Shown here in pieces: positions 42,752 to 54,984 of a DNA stretch of 64,000 nucleotides (its first letter is position 1; each line of letters opens with the position of its first letter). Source of the stretch: Lingula anatina. Taxonomy: Eukaryota > Animalia > Brachiopoda. The stretch is from the NCBI GenBank assembly GCA_051362555.1, contig CM120640.1, positions 30,895,967 to 30,959,966 of the forward strand. The letters are read 5' to 3'. Below the pieces are notes generated by a model. The model searched no databases. It had not been told where the DNA came from and was given only the letters and a program-made list of their open reading frames with translations. Both the position numbers and the translations under genes were made by a program.

Positions 42752-43494
42752 ATGGACGAGAAGCCCACCGCCATCCTTGAAAACGCCAGAAGTCAGACTG
42801 AGGCAGGCGTAAGAAAAGATAGCATAGTTTTCCCCGAGACCGACTGGATGGAGGCAGAGAAAAAGAGGTTGGTAGGCCTAAATGTATAAGTCAAGCGGCG
42901 AACAATTGAAATAGTCTTTACCGCTGTTATTATCAATTTTATCAAATTATCAAAATGAATTAATTTCAGTGTCACATGAAAAAAACTTTTAAAGCACAAA
43001 CATTCAATGCCCGCTTAGAAAAAAAGCACATTGAGGGCACACAAAACAAGTTGATTCGTGGACTAAATATGGAGTCGAGGAGGACTAATTGAACTTCAAA
43101 TAATTCAAAGTATCTTATAAGCGTAAACAAAAACTAAAAGCTGTTAGTAGGCTAGCAGTAAATTGTACAATCAGAATGTACATGAAAGCATTTTGGTCTG
43201 TTACAGCTTCCAACCATAGCATGTCCAAATGAAGAAAACGTTGTGCTGAAGGAAGTGAAGAACACTGCCTTATCTGCGGACGAGATGCCAAACACCTTTT
43301 TCGTTGACACTACCGGGGAAGTCACATCTCCAAAACCTGGTTTGATGGACATGGTGGACATGGAGCCAGCCAACGACGTTCTGTTGCCAGCAAAGCCCCA
43401 TATCCAAAGGGCAAGAAACTCGACAAGAGAAGCAGAAACGGGCTCAACAAGGAGAGAAACGATGTCTTCCTTTACCTCTGTTTTTGTTGTTTAG
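42752..43494 (+). CDS. Putative two-exon gene, about 135 aa, unknown acidic low-complexity protein (exons 42752-42871 and 43207-43494)
   Basis: ATG at 42752 opens 40 codons (MDEKPTAILEN...AEKKRL) ending at a phase-0 GTAGGC donor. The acceptor 'ctgttacag' at 43206 resumes in frame (LPTIACPNEENVVLKEV...) into the 43243-43494 ORF. Both segments are GC-richer than their flanks. Confidence 0.45.
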
Positions 43495-44413
43495 ATCACC
43501 AGTTATAGAACAGGCATGGGAGATTTACAACATCACAACTCCAAACTCTAAATTTTAACTATCATTTCTATATCAAATTCGAATTTAAAGTTTTTTTGTC
43601 AGATTATGGGAAAGAGAGGGTGGGAGGGGGTTGAAGTTACCTTTATGTCGTTGTTTACAATGAATATTTAAAAAATTAGTATCAAACTGTGTTAACCTAC
43701 TCGCGCACATCTTTTATTTATATATATAGCACATGAGGATCAAAACACTCACGTATATGCCTGCATTACGAGTATATGTACGATTCACAATTTGCAATAA
43801 TTAAAGAAGTTCTTTTCTAACACAATCCCTTTGTTGTCATTTTTCAAAATGATAAATAGCCTTTTTGCAGCGCACTGCTAAGATACTAAAGCGTGTAGGG
43901 GAGGATGGCATCGTACACAGACTGCGTTTAGACAAGGGGTTGAACACCCTTGACGGAAGCATGTGGAGTAGATTGATAATTCTGGTATTTTGTCTCTTTT
44001 AGAAAAGCACGCTTAAAATATATACACGGAGTAGCTACATATACATCTCTTTGCTGTTTTTCGTCCTAAATGTTCCCACAGAGTATGAGTAACACAGGGT
44101 AATTACACATTTGAATGTTTTTTTAATTCCCTCTTGTTTGGGTCTCGCTAAAACTGTTTTAAACAGCCTTTGATCCCACTGTACTCTTTCATATGATAGG
44201 TAAAGTCAAAATTAATCTTAGTATAAAACAAACTCCGAACTCCGTGTCGGGTTCTCAAACACGGCCTCCTGTACATCATGAGCTTCATGCTAAAACCATG
44301 GTCGGGGACTGGGTTTGCGTGGGATGAAATACGGCACCCGGATAGCAGATATATACATGTACATCCAATCTGGCCCTCTCCGTGACAAGGTTGAAAGTTT
44401 CCATCTGATCATA

Positions 44414-45438
44414 GGGGAGACCGGGGCTAGTTGGTCCAGTTAGACACTTTGGGTCTCGTAGAGCCAACTAGGAATGAGTTAGGTAACAAAACCGATTTCA
44501 AAGTAAGCCCCATGAACTAAGCTACATATGCAACGTCATTATTTTTCAAATATAATGCCAGATGGCTCACAATTTGACAAAAAACGCAATTGACGTCAGG
44601 GGGGTAACTTGCAAGTTGGCCCCAGGATCGGGGCAAGTTGGCACCTATACGTAAATGAAGTATACATCCCATGTAAACGCCTTGAAATACATTTTTATAC
44701 ATTTTTGATTTATTAAATTGATTTTTGAGAGTCTTTGATGAATAAATAGATCAGATGAGGAAGATTTATTGAGGTTTCAGTACGTCACGTTGTATGTGTT
44801 GCAAGAACCAAAATATCAATCTATAAAATTTGTTTTGTTTTATTTAAGAATAAATTAATAATGGTTAAAAGGAGATTTTTTTAAAATGAATGAAAACGAA
44901 TAATAAATTAAAGAAACTAACAAATTCAGTTTTAAACTGGAAATTATTTAACAAATGACTGAGTTTATTTCAACAATGGTCTGTAGCTCTGTTGCGCGCA
45001 AAGGATTGTAGACAATATGAGGGTCCAACTTGCCCCGAGTCAAGGGGACCAACTATCCCCGGGTGCACATTTTTAACTTTAAAGGATTGAAGCCAATTAT
45101 GGTGCTAGAATGAACAACGATGATACATTTCTATAAAACTTGAAACAATGAGCTTCAGTTTGATGCCCTATACATATACTATTTTCGATCAAAAGGTTAT
45201 GAAAATAGATTTTAAAGTCTCTTTAATAAAGTTACTTTAAGATGCTAAATTCTTTCATTTGGACTCACTGCCTTAATAAAACTTTACGACCGACGCTTTC
45301 TTAGCACTATTGGATATGGTCACTTTACTAAATGATGTGATCTTTTTTTTTTTTACCCCATAGTTACTTTTTCATAAATTGAAAGCGGGAGGGGGGGGGG
45401 GCAACTTACCCCGGGGTCCAACTAGTCCGGGTCTCCCC
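44414..45438. mobile_element. Non-autonomous DNA transposon (MITE) with TA target-site duplication, Tc1/mariner-pogo-like
   Basis: TA|ggggagaccggggctagttggtcc ... ggtccaactagtccgggtctcccc|TA gives ~24-bp TIRs with 3 mismatches. Internal copies of the TIR core occur (ggggcaagttgg, ccaacttgcccc, caacttacccc). Confidence 0.85.
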
Positions 45439-48231
45439 TATTCTAATTAGTGAAAACTTGTGACGCACACTACACGTTTAGAGTTAAAAGCGGTTTGTTT
45501 GAATGGTAGCAGCAGAAGGAGGGGGCGGGGGAAGGAGGGATATCAAAGAACAGGTCTTTCTTATTTCATGAGTAGTTTTACGTAAATATAATGAAGTCTT
45601 TCTTGCCATTCTTATACCATTTCTTTAAAATAAAAGTTGTGAATTGAGAGAGTGTGTTTCGCATGGAGAATTATGCCAATTAAGTGGAAATTAGTTGGCT
45701 AGGATCCCGGTCAGTGCAAACACATGTTTCACTGGATTTTATTCGTTTTGATTTGTGAATGTACGTGTAAGAATAGGAAAACAAATTTCAATCAGACATT
45801 TTCTATAATTCAGTTTGCGCTTCATTCAATAGTATAAAAAAACTCGAACCATTTTCAGTTTTCTGCTTTTACAGACTACATGAAGATCTTGAATTAAAGT
45901 GTTTATCTCAAAAACACTTAAATTCAGTTAAAATAACTTTTATATTTCTATAACTCATATTTCCGGTGATTCTGATTTTTTGTGTCTCTTTCTTAAAATC
46001 TCCCAAAATACTAATGTCTGTTTGCCCTCCTGCTAACAACTTCGTTTGGAACGTCATTTCGATTGTGGTGTATCCGGCCTCGTACGTTACAGTGATGAAC
46101 ATCACTTCCGGCCAGTTTATTACTCAAGGCAAGCTAATTTGCATATAAGAGAAAAATACGTTTTTTTTCTTTGTTTTGAGTCGCTTACACATTTCCCATT
46201 ATCATTAAAAAGCAATGCCCGTTTATGAAAAAAAAACTTTGATAGACACGTTCCATTAATTAATCATATCATTTAAAAGACTTTCGTATCACAGAGGTGA
46301 ATCAAGTCTCCACGTCCAAGTCGTAAAATTGTTAAATAGCGCCGATAACTGCACTTGCTCAAAGTAGGTCGATTGCCTGTATAAAAATCCCATACGATTA
46401 TCGATTTTTGTGTATGGACAGTTTTTGGGGAGGCACGCAATAAAAAATTATCTAGATGCCATCAAAATAACTGGGACTCTTCTAACCACTTAAATTCAGA
46501 GTTTATTAAAACATTTATGGAGTAAAAAACTAAGCAACTTCAACAGGTTTGCAACGTTTAAAAAAATTCCAGACATCTAAGTAGAATCAATATTTCATCT
46601 GTCTCTCCCTGAAATGTTGCAGACCGCGTTAACATTTTTTCCTGTAGAGAATCGCGGGATATGAACCAAACGATAAACGAGGTTGAGTGGATGAGAGAGA
46701 GAGAGAGAGAGATTACTCCCGTCACTATTTCCAATCACGATGGTCTTTAGAGCTAGATGCGTGAATATATGCAACTGGAAAAAAATAATAAAATTTAAGA
46801 TTCTAACAGTTGAAATAATCTTAAAAACACCAAAAGAAGAAGTAATTGATGGGATGTTCGCTTAAATATGTTCTTTTTTTTTCTATTATACTTGTATATT
46901 ATACGGGTATTACTGCTTATCAACTTAAATTTATCATCATGAGGTAAATGTCCAGTTTTTAAGAAAGAAATCTCCTTCCCACCCAAACCCTATCTTCTGC
47001 CCTTTTCAAATCAAAGAGATAGTGTTTATTTCTTTGTTCAAATAGACCGCGTCAATACTCAAGAGTGCACAGTGTCATACAGTGAAAACGATGTCATGCT
47101 CAGTATGTACATTGTGGATGTACCGGCAAAGAAGGCAGATGAAGGCATATAAATCACTGGCCAGACATTTAGAACAAAATTATTTAATCGAAGATTGGGT
47201 AAAATATCGATTGCTAATACATTGCCTGGTCGAGCAATTATTCCTATAGTTAACATTTGAATAACACAAATTTAAAAATAAACTACGATTTAATACCTCT
47301 TGTCTTTCTTTAAACGATAACAACCCTTCGAATGAGACCCATACTTCACAATAAATACACTGTAACCAACTTACAGAAATATAATAGATTCTTTTAATCA
47401 CCAAACGGCAGCTATCACAATTATTCTGGGATCTTTGTTTGCCATCGTACCACATGACCTACATAGATGGCTACCCGCTGTAATAATTTCTTAAGGGATT
47501 ACTTCAAAATAACCAAACTTTTTATAAAATAACAAAATAAATAATAATAATAATAACAACAGAGACTAACTGTGAATGTCGAAACGGATTCATTAACCAT
47601 TGGTATGTAAAAATTGTCATTTACCCCAGGAAAAGCTACCCCCTACAAGGGCGGTAGATATTGTAGGCACATTTTCCACCAGCCAGTTTTAGAACATGAC
47701 CATATTTAACCAGAGACATTATCTGTGAACATCTAGTGAAAACTCAATCAGTATACCTGGTAGAAGGTAAGAAAAATTAATTTGTTTTGCCAAAAGGAAC
47801 AGTCGTTGTTCCTTTATTGTCTTTCTGCGCCACAGAGGCAATGTATGGTTTCAAAAATTAAAATAGAATAAAAAAAAAACGATGATTCCAAAATAACATG
47901 ATCAATGTCTCTTAGGCCATCTTTTGTATAGACGACTTATACAATGCATGTTCCTTGTTCAGGATGCACTGAACAAGTAAAACATATTGTGATATGTTTA
48001 TTGTGTTGCACAACCGTATCCAGGTTTTGAGCTAAGTTTGACAACACCGTTGCTTGGAAGGGATGGGGGAGGCCGGACGGATGGTCTAAAAAGATATTAA
48101 AACATGTTGAAAATTTTCTGAATGTGATTTTGTTGTCGTTGGACCTATGTGGATTTGATTGACTCTGCAGCTAAAATGCAAAAATGAAGACAAGCAAATT
48201 ATTTTTCACCTTGCTGGGGGGGGGGGGGGGT

Positions 48232-48809
48232 CATAGGCGTAGGAGCAGAGGGGCTTGATGGACCCCCCTCACTTTTTAACCACTCATTCAAAGGCCTAAG
48301 TACAGTTAAAGGGAAGCTCATTTTCTTGTTCTTTTAACCACCAGTTTCATGCACAAATAAAATCAATGTATTAGCACAGCTGCTTTTATCAGAAGCTGAG
48401 ACACCAGTCAAGCGAATCCTTACTACATTAACTTAATTTGCTGTTGCACCCCCTCCACCTTTTTATTTATTTATTTATTTATATCTTAAGCAAATTTTAT
48501 CGCAACTCGCAATGTTATCGCCAAATACCAGAATATCAATGAGCCACTGTCGTGTAGTCTACGGTATTTGCCGGTCGATGCAGGTCGATCAAAGAAAGAA
48601 AATCCCAAATAGTGTTTTTTAAAATAATAATAATAATAATGTTAAAGATTAATCAGTGAAGGCCTTGGGGTGCCGGACCAGGCTGGAAATAGTGCTGCAA
48701 TCACTGCCTTCACTAAGACTGCTGAGGAAACGCATTAGATATATGCTACCCCCCCCCCCCCCCCCCCCCCGGTCCCGTTTCGCCCCACATCCCGGCTCCT
48801 ACGCCTGTG
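48232..48809. mobile_element. MITE-like element with 15-bp TIRs, superfamily unresolved (hAT- or Harbinger-like)
   Basis: cataggcgtaggagc ... gctcctacgcctgtg (14/15 inverted match). No clear TSD. Confidence 0.65.
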
Positions 48810-50120
48810 TATCAAAACTATCGTTGGCTGGATCGTCTTCTTCGGGGAGTTGAACAGTTAACGTGGTCAACAAATTTTTAGGGAGAGACAGATGACATAG
48901 AGAGGTGTCGTGGTGTCTGCAAAGTGCTACACGGTGAAACTGGAAATGTGGGTTATTTTTACACTTTTCTAAAATATTTAAATAGATTCTGAGTACAGCA
49001 TCTCTACGCTGTCTTTATATTTTTCTATTAAACTATTACTTCTCTCTCGTCGGTCTCCCCCTAAACTGTTCCACTCCAGAAAAAATCAATAATGCTATGA
49101 GAGAATTGTACACGCAATTGACCTACATTCTCCACTGCAGTTATTGGCGCTAGTTTAACGTTATGACTTGGACGTGAAACCTGATTCACGCCTCTGATGT
49201 GAAGGTTTACAATTTATATAAATGAATTAAGTAACAGGGTATGTTGATCAAATTATTGGAATTTATGACTGTAATGGGACATTGTTATTTACAAAAATTA
49301 AAGAAAATCTGTATACAACTCAAAAACAGGAAAAAAAAAAGCATTTTCCTCTTATATGCAAATTACATTGCCTGTAGTAATATAAGGCTGTCCGGAAGTG
49401 ATGCTCACATTAGAGATTTCAAATAGTTGTGATCTTGATCACCTAAGCTACCTTAAAATTTATTATTTGATGAAAATAATATAGACTTGAATCTACCAAA
49501 TGTAATTTCGTCCGAGAAATAAAACAATTTCCTTCTCATTATAAATCATTGCTCGAACCGTCCTTCGGATGAATTTTGTAACAGCTGGAAGGCTGAGTCT
49601 GAGTAGGGTTTTTTGGACGAGAGCCCCGGTACATGCCTGTACATACGTATACGTAATACCACATCTTAGATATTAATTATCAACTCAATTCCGCATTTGT
49701 ATAGAATTATCTTGTACTCGGAACAAGAGCCAAGAGAAGTGCATAAAAATTCATCGATATTCTTTAGAAAAATAAAATGTAAAAAATGAGCAAAAATGAC
49801 CAAACACTGATACAATATTGTACTTGTGTCTGAAGTAAATTCTAGTAAGTGAAATTACAGTGGAAATTTTAAGGTAGAGCTAGTGAATGTTTTAGAATTT
49901 TTTTAAATGAGAAAAATCAGCAAAGAATGAATAGAAAAACATGACAAATAATTTAAAAAATAATGCAGAAATTCTGATGTAGTTTGATTATTTGGTAAAT
50001 GGAAAGACGTGTAGCAAGTGACAGTTTGGGGGGTCATTTAAAGGTACTGCAGCCGGGGTCCGCCATATAGATAAACGTCCTAATAAAATATTCGTTCCGA
50101 TAGATACGCCTCTATACATA

Positions 50121-50230
50121 CAGGGGCAGATCCAGAGGTATTTTCTGACAGTCTTCCAAATTATCTTTTTTGATCCATCCTCCAATTTTGACCGTCTTCC
50201 GACAGAAAAATAGATGCCCATCAGTGTAAA
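50121..50230. repeat. Dispersed repeat starting caggggcagatccag (TIR-like); second copy at about 59626-59735
   Basis: Both sites share 'gcagatccagag.tattttctgacagt.ttccaaattatcttt.ttgatccatcctcca'. Confidence 0.7.
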
Positions 50231-52237
50231 ATGTACCCCTGCAGCCGAATTTGAAAAACTAGTAAAGATTTATTGTTGTCTGTTATCATCAAATATACTA
50301 TTTAATTATACAGAATATCTTTCAGTAAAGCACTCCATAAAAGAAAGCATAATCCATTAACTTGGGGGTAATCAAAATATATATAAATTTGTATATTTTT
50401 AATTGGAAAATCTTCTTATTGATATTATTCCATTTTTAACAAATATTGAGGGATTTTTCTTATAAAAATTAAAGTGAAAGGAAAAAGATTAGAGGGAGAA
50501 AAAGAGCAACAATTGAACATAAACATTTTCCCCCAAAACATCCTTTATTTCAGTAAAATAAGGGAGAACATACATAATATTGGCATGCACACTCTCAAAA
50601 ACAAAAAAAATACTGTTTGACAAGTATCTAAAAATCAAAATTAATATATCTCATACTTAAAGAACAATGCACTAACACTAAAAGAACAAACAAAATTTCA
50701 AGTACAGCAATATGGTATCAACAGGCCTCTATTCAAACAAATAAAAAATACATCAATTGAACAATTTTAAATATCCAATTTGCTTCATTTTGAAATTATA
50801 AACATAGCGAAGGATTGAATTTGACAAACTGCACTGATATAATTTTATTTTCCAATTTTGACTCTTTATTTTACAAGACATGATAACAGATTTACCATCA
50901 TTTTTATATAATCAACTAACAAAATTGTTAAAATGCAGAATTTGTCAAAAGAACACATTTATCAAATTTATGTTTGTAATATGTTCAATAATGAGACGTT
51001 TATGACTAAGAATTGAACCTGAGGAAAAACCACTTATACAAAAAAAAAAAAAAATGAATGTTGTAAAAATTATAAAAATAAAGCTGATTTTCAAACTCAT
51101 CCAGTATATGAATATTCATCAGTTTTGTAAGTTTGCAGACAAAATAGTTTTCTACTTATCGTTATAACACTGAAAGTGCATGGCAAAGACGGTGATGACA
51201 GACGCATGTGACAGCAATATGTTCAGACACTTCTGTCTGTAAATAAAAATCATATATAAGTAATGTTGCAATGGAGAGGGACTAATTTTCTTCCAGCCTT
51301 CTTAAAGCTTTTGTATTGATCAAATATTGATAAAATTACCATCCGAAGACGTCTATTAAATGTCACATGACATATAGTTCAAAGCCAGAAGGAAAAAACC
51401 ATCAACATGTCTTGTATGCTATTAAATATAAATTTATCTTCTACCCGTTTCTGAACCAAGACAATAGTTCTTGGAATGTTGAGTACACCAAGGAATCCAA
51501 CACAGATATATTTCTAGGATGATGTTTTAAAACAAACTGCAAATTGCTGTTTTGTATTTTCATCTGGAATCATATCAACTCCACTTGCTACACTGACTGA
51601 GCTGTATCATTTCCCCTCACATTTTAAAGTAATTAATACATTCTTTATGTGGTATATGGACTGTGATCTCTGATGACTGGTTGTCTGCTACCCCATTGGA
51701 ATGAGTGGGTCATTGGGGCTGGCCATGCCCTGTTTTAGGTTTAGCACGTTTTTTGGTTTGTTGTAGTCTTCAAAAAAGACAAGCACTTTAGACTAATGAA
51801 TAAAAAGAAAATTTCCAGTTATTGAAGCTATTTACTCCATTCTGTGCCACAGAGCTGTCATATGCTAAGTCTGGCATGCTGATGGCCACAACCTTTTCTC
51901 CATGGAAAGCCAGTTCCTGCAGGTGCCCCAGTCTGAATTCACCCCCTCCCCATTCAAATGCAGCTAGGGCCTTGCCCATACTGAAATAACAGCAACAACT
52001 ATTTCAATATGCAAGGGAATTGTTTGTTATCATTACCAAAAGATTAATATTTGGACATATATTAAGTATTAAATAAGTCTTTAAAAAATTGTTGCAATGA
52101 TTATACCTTATATGCCTTTAAGAAAAAACAGTTTGATAATGAATAACTTATTTTCTAAGATGCATTTGATATCATCTAAGATGACTTAACAATTTTTTCT
52201 TAAAATTCTTTGCAAGAGAGAGAGAGAGAAATCTTAC

Positions 52238-52325
52238 CTTCTTCTTTGCAGAAATAGGAACACAACAATAACTGCCTCTAATAGGATGACCCCAAGTATA
52301 ATGGGGACCACAATGGCAGCTGTTT
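52238..52325 (-). pseudogene. Transmembrane-helix exon of the decayed gene (88 nt, phase 1 to phase 2)
   Basis: ttatttcag|AA ACA GCT GCC ATT GTG...CAA AGA AGA AG|gtaag: about 23 hydrophobic residues then QRR. Splices in frame to T-ATG-GGC at 51980. Confidence 0.7.
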
Positions 52326-53557
52326 CTGAAATAACATATTTACTGGGAATGTATCAAATCAAGAAGGGAAATAATTCATTGAAGAAGCAACAGGGACTTA
52401 TTTACAATATGATAAAAATACCATACAGCAATTTAACTAGAACAACCAAGACTGACATAAGATGAATTTAATCTTAGATGCAAAAATGTTAAAAGAAACT
52501 TACTATGAGATATGATAATCAACAAAATGAAATTTTAAACCAAATACAGTTTTTCAAATTTGACCTCAAAAAGGATCTTGATTAAAGATTATGTAGTCTA
52601 CTATCAACTTATGTGAACTTGCATCAGCTCCAGTGAAAGCTGAAGGCTCCTTTTCACAGTATTCTCCATAATACTCTGAAATTTGATCAAATTTATTCAA
52701 ATACAGAGTGACAAAATTTTTGACTTTAGATAAAATAAAAACAAAAACTCAATCCACCATTTCAGATGTAGGCAAGCCATGCTGCATTTTTCTTTAATTA
52801 TATCAATTCATAAACATGGGTAGATTTCACAAGATAAACAGCCAGTATACAACAGCATACCCTGGTTTTCCTCAACTGCACAAACTCCATGAATGTATTT
52901 TTGATTTGCAAAATCATCAGCTTGGCACCAACTTTACTTTATCTTCATATTAAAGTCTTCATGTGTATAATAAAATAAAATGCAATCAAATGGAATACGC
53001 TTAAATACCACATATATAAGAAAAGCTAATACCTTCACCCAGACATCCGCGGGCTGCATACAACACCTGGGCATTGCTCTCTGACATAATGTAAATTTTT
53101 TCGTGAATTGCATTTCCACAATTCACTTGCTGGAAATAAAAATTAAAGTCTTACAATCGTGCAGGTTACATTTGAAGTGATTTAGCATACTTTTATTGTT
53201 AATGGTAGTAAAAATTGACAAATGAAAATATTTGCTCAGAAAGTATGACTAATTCCATTTTAAAACAAAGATATGGGAAGGCATGGAAGATGGAGAGCTT
53301 GCATTAAAACAAAGCTCTTTTGTGAGTGATAATCCATTCAATTTTTAAGAATTTGGGCAATTTCTTATCCCCTAATGCCTTTTCATGACTTATCAAATGC
53401 TTATTAGGGTGGGGTGTGGGTGGGGGGAAGCTTACCTCAGGTGGCTTCTGTGTTTGTGAGTTCACAATCTGCAAAGTCCATCAAAATTGGTAATTGGATG
53501 AGTGTCCTGTCTCAACAACCCTACATAACACTCCAGGGACACTACATGTGTCAGGCA

Positions 53558-53950
53558 TCAGATCGATGGTAGGGTTTTCTCAAAGGTTTCCATCTTAAAA
53601 TGCTGATATGGAATGAACCGATTTAATTTCTTTAGATTCAGAATTAATCTGTATTCACCATTTTCTTTTTGTCTCAAAAAAATCGGTGATAAAATTTGGC
53701 CTGCTTCACTATTCACAGGAATAATCACTTTCATGTCCAATAATTTTTTAATTTCTATGTCAATAATGGACATTTCTAACCTATTAAACTTGCAATTTGA
53801 TTTCACAATGGCGGGAATCCCACCGTTGAAATCTAGATTAATATGACAATGCTTTACAATGTCAAGAATAAATAGGTCACTTGTAATCAGTTTCCATTGA
53901 TCAATAAAGTCAGCCAATCTACCTGCTTCAAAATAATTATTTACCTCATT
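53558..53950 (-). pseudogene. DIRS-like reverse transcriptase, N-terminal fragment truncated after HFKMET
   Basis: AGRL..F..QW..IT.D.FIL.IV, EIKKLL....I, SPIFLRQKENGEYRLILNLKKLN.FI...HFKMET. The stop codon is supplied by flanking DNA. Confidence 0.85.
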
Positions 53951-54983
53951 TATTGCTTGGGCAGATTCCTCTGTCCCCTGCGTACATAGTTTTTTGCAAA
54001 AGAAGGCCCTGCTCCAGGATCATCCTGCCACACTCTGGGTCTTCCCCCTCCAGTAGGTCGATTAACACCTCTGTACACAGATCCACGGCCTCTGGCACCA
54101 CGTCCTCTACGTCCTCTGAGAGATCTGTCAAACAATTTATGTTTGATTTTTGAGCAATCCTCTATATCCCTTGCCATTTTGGGAAGATCGTCTCCAAATA
54201 AAAATTTTTGGCTGTAAGTCAGCTCATGACTGCAGAGGTGAGCATATTCTCCGCTCAATTGCGGTTTCAAAAAATCTTTCCTTGTCATATTTATCTGCCT
54301 GTTCATATGTCCCATGAGTGCTAGGACATCGTTGCAGTTTTCGATCATGCTGCCAATATGATCACTCGTGTCCTTTTCTGGATTCCTTTCGTATAAGGCC
54401 ATCTGGTTTACAGTTTTAACTAAAATGTTTGCACCTTTAACCAAAGTATGTGCTATGTTTTGCATTTTCCTATCGTTTGCTTTGGTCCAACCTGGGACCT
54501 GGTCCCATATCAACTGGTTGGTTTTCACGACTTGCAGGTAATCACAGTTACCTGGCCTGTGGTTCTGTTTTATCAACTCGTTTAGATGTTGTTCGTCCAG
54601 GCCATTCATAAAAAGATCGTTCACAGTTTTGGCCAGCACATCATCCACGTTGTCGGCCATTTCCTCCGACATGTTAAACTTCTTGGCCATGTGCTTAAAC
54701 AGGTTGTCTTCCGTGTCGGGAAGATACGAGTCCAACTTCCTTTTTTCACCCGATGTGCCTGCCTCCTCCGGCTCAACACATTCATTATCGACGTAAACTT
54801 TGTCGTCATACTGAGAATATTGCGCCTCCATATTATCAATACGGCTGACGATGTTCTCTAACCTGCCGTCCTGAGCGTCCACAGAGGCTTTTAAAGATAC
54901 CAGTAATGACATAATATTATCCTCTGACGAGGATTTCTCCACAGACTTAGGGTTTTTGGAAGCCGACTTCCCTTTACCCTTCA
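53566..54983 (-). mobile_element. DIRS-like (tyrosine-recombinase) retrotransposon fragment: gag-like ORF plus RT N-terminus
   Basis: Gag-like ORF immediately followed and overlapped by an RT frame beginning ..FEAGRLADFIDQW. No RNase H, tyrosine recombinase or terminal repeats are present. Confidence 0.85.
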
Positions 54984-54984
54984 A
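53950..54984 (-). CDS. DIRS-like ORF1 (gag-like), 344 codons open; the 5' end is probably cut by the insertion junction
   Basis: Motifs RPGNCDYLQVVKTNQLIW, DRKMQNIAHTLVKG, LALMGH..RKDFLKPQL, FLFGDDL and an RG-rich C-terminus are typical of DIRS ORF1. The start codon is TTG at the junction. Confidence 0.75.
   Translation of the reverse strand: MKGKGKSASKNPKSVEKSSSEDNIMSLLVSLKASVDAQDGRLENIVSRIDNMEAQYSQYDDKVYVDNECVEPEEAGTSGEKRKLDSYLPDTEDNLFKHMAKKFNMSEEMADNVDDVLAKTVNDLFMNGLDEQHLNELIKQNHRPGNCDYLQVVKTNQLIWDQVPGWTKANDRKMQNIAHTLVKGANILVKTVNQMALYERNPEKDTSDHIGSMIENCNDVLALMGHMNRQINMTRKDFLKPQLSGEYAHLCSHELTYSQKFLFGDDLPKMARDIEDCSKIKHKLFDRSLRGRRGRGARGRGSVYRGVNRPTGGGRPRVWQDDPGAGPSFAKNYVRRGQRNLPKQ

Noticed and set aside
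45908-46228. Three overlapping 60-65 aa ORFs
   Set aside because: No recognisable motif or convincing splice context, and the coding strand cannot be decided from sequence alone.
48211-48218. ttgctggg as the right TIR of the EnSpm-like element
   Set aside because: The match is only 7/8, runs into a poly-G tract, and has no subterminal repeats nearby.
48656-48853. Poly-proline ORF
   Set aside because: It comes from a poly-C tract inside a MITE.
53613-54861. Antisense and alternate-frame ORFs over the DIRS fragment (also 39201-39428 over the LINE)
   Set aside because: They are shadows of the real retroelement ORFs.
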